A DNA stretch of 64,000 bases, from positions 25,322-89,321 of the forward strand of contig JBDRCO010000031.1 in NCBI GenBank assembly GCA_043821645.1, given 5' to 3'. How positions within the stretch are numbered: the first letter of the stretch is position 1; each line of letters begins with the position of its first letter. Positions 30,239-38,697 of the stretch are shown piece after piece. The position numbers and the translations under genes were made by a program. This DNA comes from Pseudomonadota bacterium (lineage in GTDB: Bacteria; Myxococcota; JACRCW01; JAFGSX01). The notes beneath the pieces are model-generated. The model ran no database searches. It was not told the origin of the DNA and saw only the letters and a program-made list of their open reading frames with translations.

Positions 30239-31306
30239 CTAGCGGATCTCCAGGTGCAGATGATCGGCGTGAGCCTCGTTGCTGGCGGGGGTCAGCACCA
30301 CGTCGAACAATCTGGCTTCCCGGATCCGCTGCACCAGCTGTCGCAAGAAGGCCTGGCGTTCTGCGGTGCCTGTCCAGTCGCGCTGCACCTCGATCGCCGC
30401 ACCCTCGCTGCGCTCGAAGCCCACCACATCGATGGCCAGACCACGGCCGTGGCCGCTGAGGGAACGCGTGCCCGCGATGCTGCGGCAGTTGAAGGTGCCC
30501 ACGTGTTGCACCTCGACCACGCCGGCCTCGGCCAGCAGCGCCGCCAGCCTGTCGAGCACAGGAGCAAAGCGGCAGGCGACCAGCAAATGTTCGGCAAAAC
30601 GTTGCCCGGCCTCGCGAAAGTCCACACCGTGCAGGGGGCTCGCCAGCAGCACAGGGGTATCGACCTGGCAATGCGTGCTGATGGGCAGCGGATCCCCCTC
30701 CCGGGCCGCCCTCGCCAGCGAGTCCTCCAGGTCGGGCCGGCTGTACTGCAGGCCCATCCTGTCCAGCTCCTGCGTGCACTCGGTGGCGGGAGGCTGCGTG
30801 CCGAGGTCTGGCAAGCACACCAGGCGGGTCAGGTTGTCGCGCAGCCTGAGCACCGTGGCGCAGGCATAGCCGGGCCGGCAGCCACTGGTGGTGAGGTGCA
30901 GGTTGCAGCGCGCCACGCACACGCCGTGCTGTGAGAAGCTGGGGTCTTCCATGCAGAAGGTCTGTGAGTACAGATCCCCCACACGGTCCGGACAGGTGTG
31001 CTGGCAGGGCAGGGTGCAATGTCCTCCCGGAAACCCCTCTTCGGGCAGCAGGCAAAAGCCGCCTTCGAAGATGCAGTCAGCATCATGCTGGCAGGGGGAG
31101 CCCACCCAGCCCGGATTGAAGCTCAGATCCGCAGCCGCGGGACCCAGGTCTGCCACCGTGGCATCTTCAGGCGTGGCCACGGCAGCATCGGGCTGGCTGG
31201 CGAGATGGGCTTGCTGTCCGGCCGACGAGGCCCAGAGCGCAAAGGCCCCAAGCGCGATCAGCACGGGGACAAGGGTCACTGCCGTGAGTCGCGGCCTCGC
31301 TTCCAT
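30239..31306 (-). CDS. Exported protein with Cys-rich module and Extensin-like C-terminal (M15/LAS-type) domain
   Basis: N-terminal hydrophobic segment; GTFNCR...SGHGRGLAIDV...HADHLHLE. Confidence 0.85.
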   Translation of the reverse strand: MEARPRLTAVTLVPVLIALGAFALWASSAGQQAHLASQPDAAVATPEDATVADLGPAAADLSFNPGWVGSPCQHDADCIFEGGFCLLPEEGFPGGHCTLPCQHTCPDRVGDLYSQTFCMEDPSFSQHGVCVARCNLHLTTSGCRPGYACATVLRLRDNLTRLVCLPDLGTQPPATECTQELDRMGLQYSRPDLEDSLARAAREGDPLPISTHCQVDTPVLLASPLHGVDFREAGQRFAEHLLVACRFAPVLDRLAALLAEAGVVEVQHVGTFNCRSIAGTRSLSGHGRGLAIDVVGFERSEGAAIEVQRDWTGTAERQAFLRQLVQRIREARLFDVVLTPASNEAHADHLHLEIR

Positions 31307-31364
31307 GCGCACCTCACATCCTGACTCGCCGAGTCTATGCCACAGGGTGAGGTCTGCGAGGGGC

Positions 31365-31390
31365 AAAAAAAAACCGCGGCGAACCGCGGT
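31365..31390 (-). terminator. Rho-independent terminator
   Basis: Minus strand reads ACCGCGG-TTCG-CCGCGG followed by T9. Confidence 0.9.
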
Positions 31391-31460
31391 GATAAAAAGA
31401 ATAAAGGGGCAAGGAACGGCTGGACCGGGGGGGGGAGTCCGCACCGAACCGCTGCCCCAC
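31365..31460 (-). ncRNA. Putative sigma54-dependent small RNA (~95 nt) with C9 loop, Pxr-like in design
   Basis: Bracketed by a sigma54 promoter and an intrinsic terminator. Long hairpin (GGGGCA/UGCCCC, CGGU/GCCG, GGACU/GGUCC) closes a loop of nine C; no credible ORF. Confidence 0.7.
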
Positions 31461-31470
31461 CCCACCTAAG

Positions 31471-31486
31471 AGCAGTATCCATGCCA
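31471..31486 (-). promoter_or_regulatory. Sigma54 (-24/-12) promoter
   Basis: Minus strand TGGCATGGATACTGCT has GG and GC at consensus spacing; an AT-rich tract lies upstream (31490-31680). Confidence 0.75.
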
Positions 31487-31679
31487 GGACGATGGAATAA
31501 AAAAAATGCTTATTATTCAATAGCCATTCAGAATCGACGGCAGCTGGGCTGCGGTATAGTTGTGGCGGATACACCACTGTTTCTGATGTGATCAGTAACT
31601 ATTTGTAATCGCTAATAAATAAGTATGTCGTAAATACCACGCAAAGAGGCAAGTTTACCTCATTTGATAACACTATGTA

Positions 31680-32165
31680 TTATTTGGATAAATCGATGAG
31701 ATTGCGAATGCTTGCGCTCAGATCGTCCGGTGTTGCCGAGTCCGCCACCCAGGCCACGCGTTCGTCACCCCGTGCCACAGTCGTCCATCGGTCAAGTTCC
31801 CTTGAAAAATCATAGGAGATCAGGATGGGCACCGCCACCAGGCCCGCCTGCCGGATGGCGCGGTAAATATACAGGCCCTGATTTTTTTCTAAAAAAGACC
31901 ATGCTTCATCAAGTGTTGCAGCATATCCATCAAGAACCTCTTGCGGGTCTCCCAGCAGCAGTTGACGAGCTGTTCGGTCAAAGCGCATGTCCAGAAAGAC
32001 CAGCTGGGTAGGAGGTTTTAACTGCAGTATCCTCAAGGCCGTTGCTCCATCGTGGGCCTGTTGGATCTGCAACCCAGGTAAAAAAGCCACGAAGTTCTCG
32101 AAGTACTCATTTCCATCTTCGACGATCAGTAAACTGGCGTTGAGTTCGTTTTTTTGGGGTATCAT
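31680..32165 (-). CDS. Stand-alone atypical receiver-domain protein
   Basis: LLIVEDG, AHDGATAL, VFLDMRFD, PILIS; no conserved KP. Confidence 0.75.
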   Translation of the reverse strand: MIPQKNELNASLLIVEDGNEYFENFVAFLPGLQIQQAHDGATALRILQLKPPTQLVFLDMRFDRTARQLLLGDPQEVLDGYAATLDEAWSFLEKNQGLYIYRAIRQAGLVAVPILISYDFSRELDRWTTVARGDERVAWVADSATPDDLSASIRNLIDLSK

Positions 32166-32177
32166 CTTGGGGTGTAT

Positions 32178-35015
32178 TTAACTCGCTACGTAGGGTAAAA
32201 AAACCACCACTTCCTTTTCCCAGGCTGCTGTGGACCGACGTACTTTCATGCTGCCCCCACACCTCTGCAGCGTTTCCAGGACCAGACCCAGGCCCCGATC
32301 AGGGGGCCTCTGTCTGACATCATCCATGGACAAGGTGGAGCTGGCCAGGTCCCCGACGGCCAGGGCCAGGCGCACGTGACCGGTGACGGGGTGGGTCTCG
32401 AGTGTCAGGTGGAGCCCAATTTTGAGTGGAAGTTTGGCTTCAGCTATTTCTGCCAACGCTGCATTTCTAAATAGATTATTCAAAATCAGTTGTAGTGATT
32501 CTGGGGCCAGGCTCAGGTGCAGGGGCCACTCCAGGGTGGAACTCAACTGCAAGGCCTCGGCAGGTGTTTGCGCCAGCCCCGGTTCGCGCAGGGTGGCCTC
32601 GAAAGTCCTGACAAACCAGCTGGCATCCAGGGGCGCGCTGCGAATCTGCTCGATCAGCTCCTGCATGCGCAGGTAGGCGTCCGTGTTCAACGCAGCCGAG
32701 GCGCGCTCGAGTGCCTGGCACACCCGAGTACGGGTCCTGGGGTGCTCGAGCCTGGCCTCGACGATCTGGTCTTGAATGCCGGCGAGGATTGAAAAGCCTT
32801 TGAATATTGGCGCAATGGAATCATCTTTGAAGCGCACGTTGAGGCGTGACCCGGCACCTCGTGCGAGTTCTTCGAGCTGCAGCACATGGTGCCGGAAACG
32901 GCCAGAGGGGCTGTCCTCGCCACCCTGGGCGAGCTGGCGGACCCGCTGCAACTGGGCCTCGGTGGCCTGCCCGGCGCGCAAGGATTCGGCCACACCCTGC
33001 AGGATCATGGTGTTGTGCTTGAGCACCTCGTGGTGGATGGAGGACAGCAGGCGCTTCACCTCCGCGCTGCTGTCGGGGTAGCGCAGCACGAAGCGCTGCA
33101 GATCCAGGCCGCCGAAGCGATACCGCAGCAGCCAGGCCAGGGCACTTGCCACGCCCAGAACCAGCAGCAGCGGGAGCAGCGCGCTGGCCCAGGCGGCCCG
33201 GGTCAAGGCCCCCTGCAGCTCTGCACGACGCTCGAGCAAGGCGCTGCCCGCAGGCAAGGGGTCCAGCACGTCCAGCTCGACAAGGCTGCGCAGCAGGTCG
33301 GGCAGCAGGCTCCAGGACAACCAGGCCGGGCCGTGGCGGGCTCGTGCCAGGTGCAGCTCCCCCAGGTAGAGCGCGGCCTCGGCGTCGCCCAGAGCCAGGC
33401 CTTGGTCCAGAGCGGCCTGGGCAGCGGGCAGTTGGCCCTGCTCGAACAGGATGCTGCCGAGCTGGGTATGGACATCGGCCTGCCCGGGATCCAGGCGCAG
33501 GGAATCCGCCAGGGCCAGGGCTGCCTCATCCAGCTGTCCGGCAGCGTGCAGGATTCGGCCCTCGAGGGCGCGCAGGCGGGCATCCGGGAGGTCCGCACCC
33601 AGGTGGCGGAGGGTCGCCAGGGCAGCGGCCGTTTCGCCCCTGGCAAGCAGCGCGCGGGCTCGGTTGAGGCCCTGCAAACCGCCCTGCCGAAAGCTGCCTT
33701 CAGATCCCAGTGCTGAGGTGATTTCTAATGTTGATGAAAGGAGTTCCCCTTCTTTGCTCAAGCTCTTGACGAGGTTTGATTGCAGGGCCTGGGCCTGGGT
33801 TCGGCCAGGCTCGGGGGGTTGGGCTGCGAGGTACTCCTGTACCAGCTGCAGGGCGCGCGGCAACTGCCCGCTGCGCCTGAGAGATTGAGCCAGCTTGAGC
33901 TTGAGCTCTATCCAGTCGGGGCGCAGTTGCAGGGCGCGGCCAATGAGGGCGATGGCCTCCTGCACCCTGTTGTCGTCCACGTGTTCGAGGTAGAGCTCGC
34001 CCAGCCGGGCGTGCAGGTCGGCGCTCGACTGGTCGAACACCAGGCCCCGCAAGTACTCGAGCTCGGCACGCTGCCTGTCCCCCTGAACCCGCCAGGCGTC
34101 ACCCAGCAGCAAGCGGGCCTCGCTGTAGCCCGGCGCCTGGGCCAGGGCCTGCTCCAGCAGCGCGACGGCCTCGCGGGGGCGTCGGCGCTCGACCAGGGTA
34201 CGGGCGCGCTCGAGCAGCAAGGCCGCCTCGTCGCCCGGGGCACTGCTGCCCGCGCTCCAGCCGAAGCGACGGGCCTGCAGCTCCACCTCGACGCGCCACA
34301 TGCGATCGCGCGCGGCGTCGCCAAAGGGGCCGTCGGCGTCGACCCGGCTGTACCAGGACAGGGCCTCATCCAGGCTGTCGTGGTCGCGGAACAGGTCGCC
34401 CAGCTCGAGCACCAGGGTCTCGTCGTCCACGGTCAGGGCCAGTGCCTCGCGGTAGAACTGCACCGCCTGCTCGAAGCGCTCGAGGCGCGAGGCCAGCCGC
34501 GCCTGGTGCCGGATCAGATCCGGGTCGTTGGCCTGGGCTGTCCGCAGGGCCGCGAGACGGCCCGCCAGGTCCTCGAGCTGCACCACATCCACATCCTCGC
34601 GCAGCACCTGGTCGACCACGGCCAGCACCACGTCGACGCGGTCGGGGGCCAGCAGCATGGCCTGCTGGAGCTGGGCCCAGGCCTCGGCGCCGTGGCCCAG
34701 GCGGACCTGCAGGCGACCCAGCTCGAGCACCACGTCCACCGCCTGTGGGGCCATCTCCTGGGCCTCGGTCAGCAGCTCCAGCGCGGACAGCAACTGGCCC
34801 TGCACGATCTCCTCGCGGGCCAGCCGCAGGCTCTCCTCGGCCTGCTTGAGCAGGATGTCGTCGAGCAGCTGCCGCACCTTGCTGAGGTCCTTGAGGCTGG
34901 ACCCTGCCTCGCTGGATCCGCCATCCACGGGCTCGTCTGGCGACCGCGCCCGGGCCGGGGCGGCGAGCAGGCAGACCAGCACGAGCAGCGCGCTCGCTGT
35001 GGGCAGGCGTGTCAC
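32178..35015 (-). CDS. Membrane sensor with extracytoplasmic TPR array and histidine-kinase-like C-terminus
   Basis: GTG start overlapping the upstream TGA; signal peptide ...LAAPARA; many TPR-like repeats; TM ALLPLLLVLGVASALAWLL; IHHEVLKHN H-box-like; ILNNLFRNA N-box; RGLGLV G-box. Confidence 0.8.
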   Translation of the reverse strand: MTRLPTASALLVLVCLLAAPARARSPDEPVDGGSSEAGSSLKDLSKVRQLLDDILLKQAEESLRLAREEIVQGQLLSALELLTEAQEMAPQAVDVVLELGRLQVRLGHGAEAWAQLQQAMLLAPDRVDVVLAVVDQVLREDVDVVQLEDLAGRLAALRTAQANDPDLIRHQARLASRLERFEQAVQFYREALALTVDDETLVLELGDLFRDHDSLDEALSWYSRVDADGPFGDAARDRMWRVEVELQARRFGWSAGSSAPGDEAALLLERARTLVERRRPREAVALLEQALAQAPGYSEARLLLGDAWRVQGDRQRAELEYLRGLVFDQSSADLHARLGELYLEHVDDNRVQEAIALIGRALQLRPDWIELKLKLAQSLRRSGQLPRALQLVQEYLAAQPPEPGRTQAQALQSNLVKSLSKEGELLSSTLEITSALGSEGSFRQGGLQGLNRARALLARGETAAALATLRHLGADLPDARLRALEGRILHAAGQLDEAALALADSLRLDPGQADVHTQLGSILFEQGQLPAAQAALDQGLALGDAEAALYLGELHLARARHGPAWLSWSLLPDLLRSLVELDVLDPLPAGSALLERRAELQGALTRAAWASALLPLLLVLGVASALAWLLRYRFGGLDLQRFVLRYPDSSAEVKRLLSSIHHEVLKHNTMILQGVAESLRAGQATEAQLQRVRQLAQGGEDSPSGRFRHHVLQLEELARGAGSRLNVRFKDDSIAPIFKGFSILAGIQDQIVEARLEHPRTRTRVCQALERASAALNTDAYLRMQELIEQIRSAPLDASWFVRTFEATLREPGLAQTPAEALQLSSTLEWPLHLSLAPESLQLILNNLFRNAALAEIAEAKLPLKIGLHLTLETHPVTGHVRLALAVGDLASSTLSMDDVRQRPPDRGLGLVLETLQRCGGSMKVRRSTAAWEKEVVVFLPYVAS

Positions 35016-36664
35016 TCGCCGCGCAGCTCCCTGACCTTGAGGCCGACCTGGTTGAGGCGCAGGCGCACCGCCCGCGCTCTGTCGGCGCTGCCCAGCAGCA
35101 CCTCGGCCATGGCCGCGAAGTCGCCCCGGCAAGTCCGGAACAGCTGGCTCAGGTACTGCCGCTCGACGTCGTTGGCCACGGCGTTGAGGGTGCGCCCGGG
35201 TTGCAGCAGGACGGTGTAGCCCTCGCTCCGAGGGGCCCCCGGCGGTGCTGCGGGTGGGGTGCGCACGGCGCTGCGCAACAGCTCGCCGACCAGGCCGGTG
35301 TCGACCTGCAAGCGGCGCGAGCGCAGGGGCTGGCCGCTGCGCAGCAGGTCCACGGCTCCAACCAGGGTGAAGCTCACCATGCTGTGCAGGACCATCGCCA
35401 GCTCGCGCATGTTCCCGGGCCAGGCATGGCGCCGCAGCTGCGACCACACCGGATCCGGCAGTGACAGCACCAGATCCTCGTCGGAACTGGCCCGGCCGCC
35501 CCCACTGCGGCCGAGCTGTGCGCGCAGCGGCGTCGTGGCAGCCAGGCCTGCGGCGCGGGCGATCTCGGCCTTGAGCGGCGCGTGGTCCGGGTGCTCACCG
35601 GCGCGGGCGACCAGGGTGCTGGCAAGGGCTGGAAGGTCGGCAGGGCGCTCTCGCAGCGGCGGCACCAGCACGCGCGCCGCGGGCCCCAGGCGCATGTACA
35701 GGTCCTGGCGAAAGGTTCCGGCCTGCACCGCCAGCTCGAGGGGCTGGTTGCTGGCGGCCACCACCTTGACGTCGACCGCTTGCTCGGCAGTGGCGCCGAG
35801 GGGCCGCACGCGCCGCTCCTGCAGCACCACCAGCAGCTGCTTTTGCACCTCCAGCGGCACGTTCTGCACCTCGTCCAGGAACAGGGTGCCGCCGTGGGCG
35901 AGCTGGAAGGCGCCCTTGCGATCGCTCACCGCGCCGGTGTACGCGCCGCGCAGCGCTCCAAACAGGTGCGCCGGCACCAGGTCGCGGGGCACCGTGCTGA
36001 GGTCCAGGGTGACGAAGGGGCCGCGGCGAGTGCTCTGGCGATGCAGCACGCGCTCGGCCAGAAAGGATTTGCCGGTGCCTGTCTCACCCTCGAGCAGCAC
36101 TGGCATGGAGCTGCGCGCCAGCACCGCCAGACGGCGCCGCACCGCATGCATGGCGCGGTCGCGGCCCCACAGCACCTCGCCGTCGTCGGCCTGCAGGGCG
36201 CGCTGTTCCAGCGCCTGGTGAATGCGGATGCGCAGGGTGTCCACGTCATCCGCGTCGAGCAGGTAGGTCATGGACTGCGAGGCCAGCTCGCCGCCTTCGT
36301 CGACCAGCGACAGATCCGCCTGGCTGGTGGCCAGCACCACGGGCAGGTCCGGGTGCAGGCGCCGGATCTCGCGCAGGATGGCCACGCCCTGAAAGCGCCG
36401 GGTGCGACGGTCGCTGGCGCCCGGGGCCAGCGGTAGCAGCTGCGCGGCGTCGACATCGAAGCGCATGTCGAGCAGCACCACGTCGACCTGGGCGGCGTGC
36501 TTGTTGAGGTAGCTCAGGGCCGCGGGCCCGCTGGCCAGGCGCGGTGGCTGGTCTGCTCCGGCGGGCTGCAACAGCTCGAGTTCGTCAAGCTGGTCCGCGA
36601 CCACCTGGGCGTAGTCCAGCCCGTCGTCGATGACCAGGATCCTAGGACGGCTCGACTTGGCCAT
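35012..36664 (-). CDS. Sigma54-dependent enhancer-binding protein (NtrC-like: receiver, AAA+, HTH)
   Basis: ILVIDD...LLDMRFD receiver; GETGTGKS, GAYTGA, LFLDEV, FRQDLYMRL, WPGNMREL. Confidence 0.92.
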   Translation of the reverse strand: MAKSSRPRILVIDDGLDYAQVVADQLDELELLQPAGADQPPRLASGPAALSYLNKHAAQVDVVLLDMRFDVDAAQLLPLAPGASDRRTRRFQGVAILREIRRLHPDLPVVLATSQADLSLVDEGGELASQSMTYLLDADDVDTLRIRIHQALEQRALQADDGEVLWGRDRAMHAVRRRLAVLARSSMPVLLEGETGTGKSFLAERVLHRQSTRRGPFVTLDLSTVPRDLVPAHLFGALRGAYTGAVSDRKGAFQLAHGGTLFLDEVQNVPLEVQKQLLVVLQERRVRPLGATAEQAVDVKVVAASNQPLELAVQAGTFRQDLYMRLGPAARVLVPPLRERPADLPALASTLVARAGEHPDHAPLKAEIARAAGLAATTPLRAQLGRSGGGRASSDEDLVLSLPDPVWSQLRRHAWPGNMRELAMVLHSMVSFTLVGAVDLLRSGQPLRSRRLQVDTGLVGELLRSAVRTPPAAPPGAPRSEGYTVLLQPGRTLNAVANDVERQYLSQLFRTCRGDFAAMAEVLLGSADRARAVRLRLNQVGLKVRELRGE

Positions 36665-37043
36665 GTAACTCCTCGAGCACCGCCTGGATGGCGGTGGACA
36701 CGGCGCGCAGATCCCCCAGGGCGCGCGCGCGATCGAAGTCCGCGGCCTCGGCCCGGGCCACGTGCTCCCAGGCCAGGGCTCGCGCCACGGTGCGACACAG
36801 GTCCGGGTGGGCGGGAAGGTGCTCGAGCTGCCCAGCGGCCTCGTCGACAAAGGCCTGCCACAGCGCGCGCGCGGACTGCACGCCTGAAGGTCCGCTGCGG
36901 GTTTGCAGCAGGGCGCGGCGCAGGGCCTGGTGCGCGAGCTCGGCGCTGGCATCCGCGGGCAAGAAGGTGACCGGCATGGCGAGGTGCTTGCCCAGGTCGT
37001 GCTTGAGGTCGAGCAACAGGTCCTCGAGTTCGGTCCTGGTCAT
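36642..37043 (-). CDS. Small helical protein with H-box-like motif (possible phosphotransfer protein)
   Basis: LLDLKHDLGKHLAMP resembles a HisKA H-box; its 3' end overlaps the bEBP start. Confidence 0.6.
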   Translation of the reverse strand: MTRTELEDLLLDLKHDLGKHLAMPVTFLPADASAELAHQALRRALLQTRSGPSGVQSARALWQAFVDEAAGQLEHLPAHPDLCRTVARALAWEHVARAEAADFDRARALGDLRAVSTAIQAVLEELHGQVEPS

Positions 37044-37315
37044 GAACCCACGCCCCTGGTTTTTCAGATGCGAAAACAAGATCGAGTCTATCATTTGTCG
37101 ATCTCCACGCCAGGGCTGTCGTCCCTGGCCTTGTCCGGACGGCCTGTGAGCCCAGGTCACCTCTCGTCAGCCCTTCGCGGTGCGAGCGTCATGCCACGGC
37201 GGCGCTGCGGCCCGCGGGGAAGCCCGGTCTTGAAGAAGCGTCGAGCGGTGCACCTCCGGGCAGCAGGCGCTACGGCGTGGCGGTGTGCTAGCATGCAGGA
37301 GGACCGAGGGCCGGG

Positions 37316-38605
37316 ATGACGGCGAAGCAGCACTCCACAGGACTGGTGTTGGCGCTCTGGGCGCTGGTGAGCACTGTTGGCGCCTGCCCGGTGGGTGTGT
37401 CCCAGGAGACCTGTCGCAGGGACCTGGACTGCCCCGCGAACTTTCACTGCCTGGCCGGGACTTGCTCTCGCCTCGTGGTCGACGCCGCGTCGGTGGACGG
37501 GGCCACGCTCGACAGCTCGCGCACGGATAGGTTGCCTGTGGATACGGGTTTCGCGGACCACGCGGCATCCGACCTCACCACACTGGACGGCACCCAGAAC
37601 GACGGCCAGGGGATGGACGCCACGCTGCGGGACAGCAGCCCACCGGATCTCGGTGGCCTCGACAGCCCGGCGCCAGACACGGCGTGCAGCGACGGGGGCG
37701 CGGCCGACGGCGCGGTGGCGGACACGGCCGTTTCAGACGCGTCGGCAGCGGATCTGCACCCACCGCAGGACGGGCCACTCCCCCTGGACGCCAGTCCTCC
37801 CGTCGACGTGGGGAGACCGGACCTGGCCACCGCTGCAGACTCAAGCGGTGGGGGGGACAGCAGCTGCTCGGGCCATGCCGGGGAGCTCTGCGCGCGCCCT
37901 GGCTTCTGCGGCGCGCGCTTTGATTGCTCCGGCACCTGCGTGGGTGGGTTCACGGCGGATCCCTGCCCGCAATGTGGTACCCGGACCTGCGAGAGCCTTC
38001 TGAACTGGAGCGAGTGCCTGGGCGGCACCTGTGGCGCGCACTCTGCCTGCAATCCCTCGACAGGCTCTTGCCTGTGCACGGTCGCCGAGTGCGCGGGGAG
38101 CTACTGCTGCAGCGGAGACCTCTGCGGCTGCGACGTCGACGCCTACGGATGTGGTGCCAGGACGGGCGTGGTCGAGAATTGCCCCAGCAAGCTCTGCTCC
38201 GGCAACCCACCCGCCTGCGAGACTCCGCCCTGCGACGTCAACTGCGGCGGCTGCTGCGACAACACGGGCAGCTGCCAGCCCGGCTACGCTGACAGCGCCT
38301 GCGGCACCGGTGGCAGCCCTTGCCAGAACTGCCAGCTGCAGGACAACCCGTGCGTCGACTGGGACTGCTCCAATGATGACTGCAACATCTACTCCTTCTC
38401 GGTCAACGGCTCGAGCTGCGGAGACAACAATGAGTGCTGGAGCACCGAGTGCGTGACCTGCGATGCACGGCACGACGAGATCTGCTGGCTGCCCTGCACC
38501 TGCCAGATTGGCACCACGGCGACGACCGGGACCTACGATTGCTTCGGCGTCTGTCAGGAGGATCCGGGCTGCACCTGCGCCCAGCAATGCGCAGGCACGT
38601 GCTAG
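37316..38605 (+). CDS. Cys-rich lipoprotein with Asp/Ala-rich linker
   Basis: Lipobox VGAC; CRRDLDCPANFHC module; DA-rich spacer; very Cys-rich C-terminal half. Confidence 0.85.
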   Translation: MTAKQHSTGLVLALWALVSTVGACPVGVSQETCRRDLDCPANFHCLAGTCSRLVVDAASVDGATLDSSRTDRLPVDTGFADHAASDLTTLDGTQNDGQGMDATLRDSSPPDLGGLDSPAPDTACSDGGAADGAVADTAVSDASAADLHPPQDGPLPLDASPPVDVGRPDLATAADSSGGGDSSCSGHAGELCARPGFCGARFDCSGTCVGGFTADPCPQCGTRTCESLLNWSECLGGTCGAHSACNPSTGSCLCTVAECAGSYCCSGDLCGCDVDAYGCGARTGVVENCPSKLCSGNPPACETPPCDVNCGGCCDNTGSCQPGYADSACGTGGSPCQNCQLQDNPCVDWDCSNDDCNIYSFSVNGSSCGDNNECWSTECVTCDARHDEICWLPCTCQIGTTATTGTYDCFGVCQEDPGCTCAQQCAGTC

Positions 38606-38697
38606 GTCGTGACGCCGACTCTGTACCGGGGACAGTTCCCTCACCGCACCGTCGTGTCCGTTCGATGACGTCGGCGTAGCAGAAATCGAGAGCCGGT

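Noticed and set aside
31365-31460. tRNA, riboswitch or small peptide (ORFs 31276-31482, 31335-31577, 31337-31591)
   Set aside because: No cloverleaf or aptamer I recognise, and the ORFs cross the terminator and homopolymer runs. An attenuating leader for the gene at 31306 is not fully excluded.
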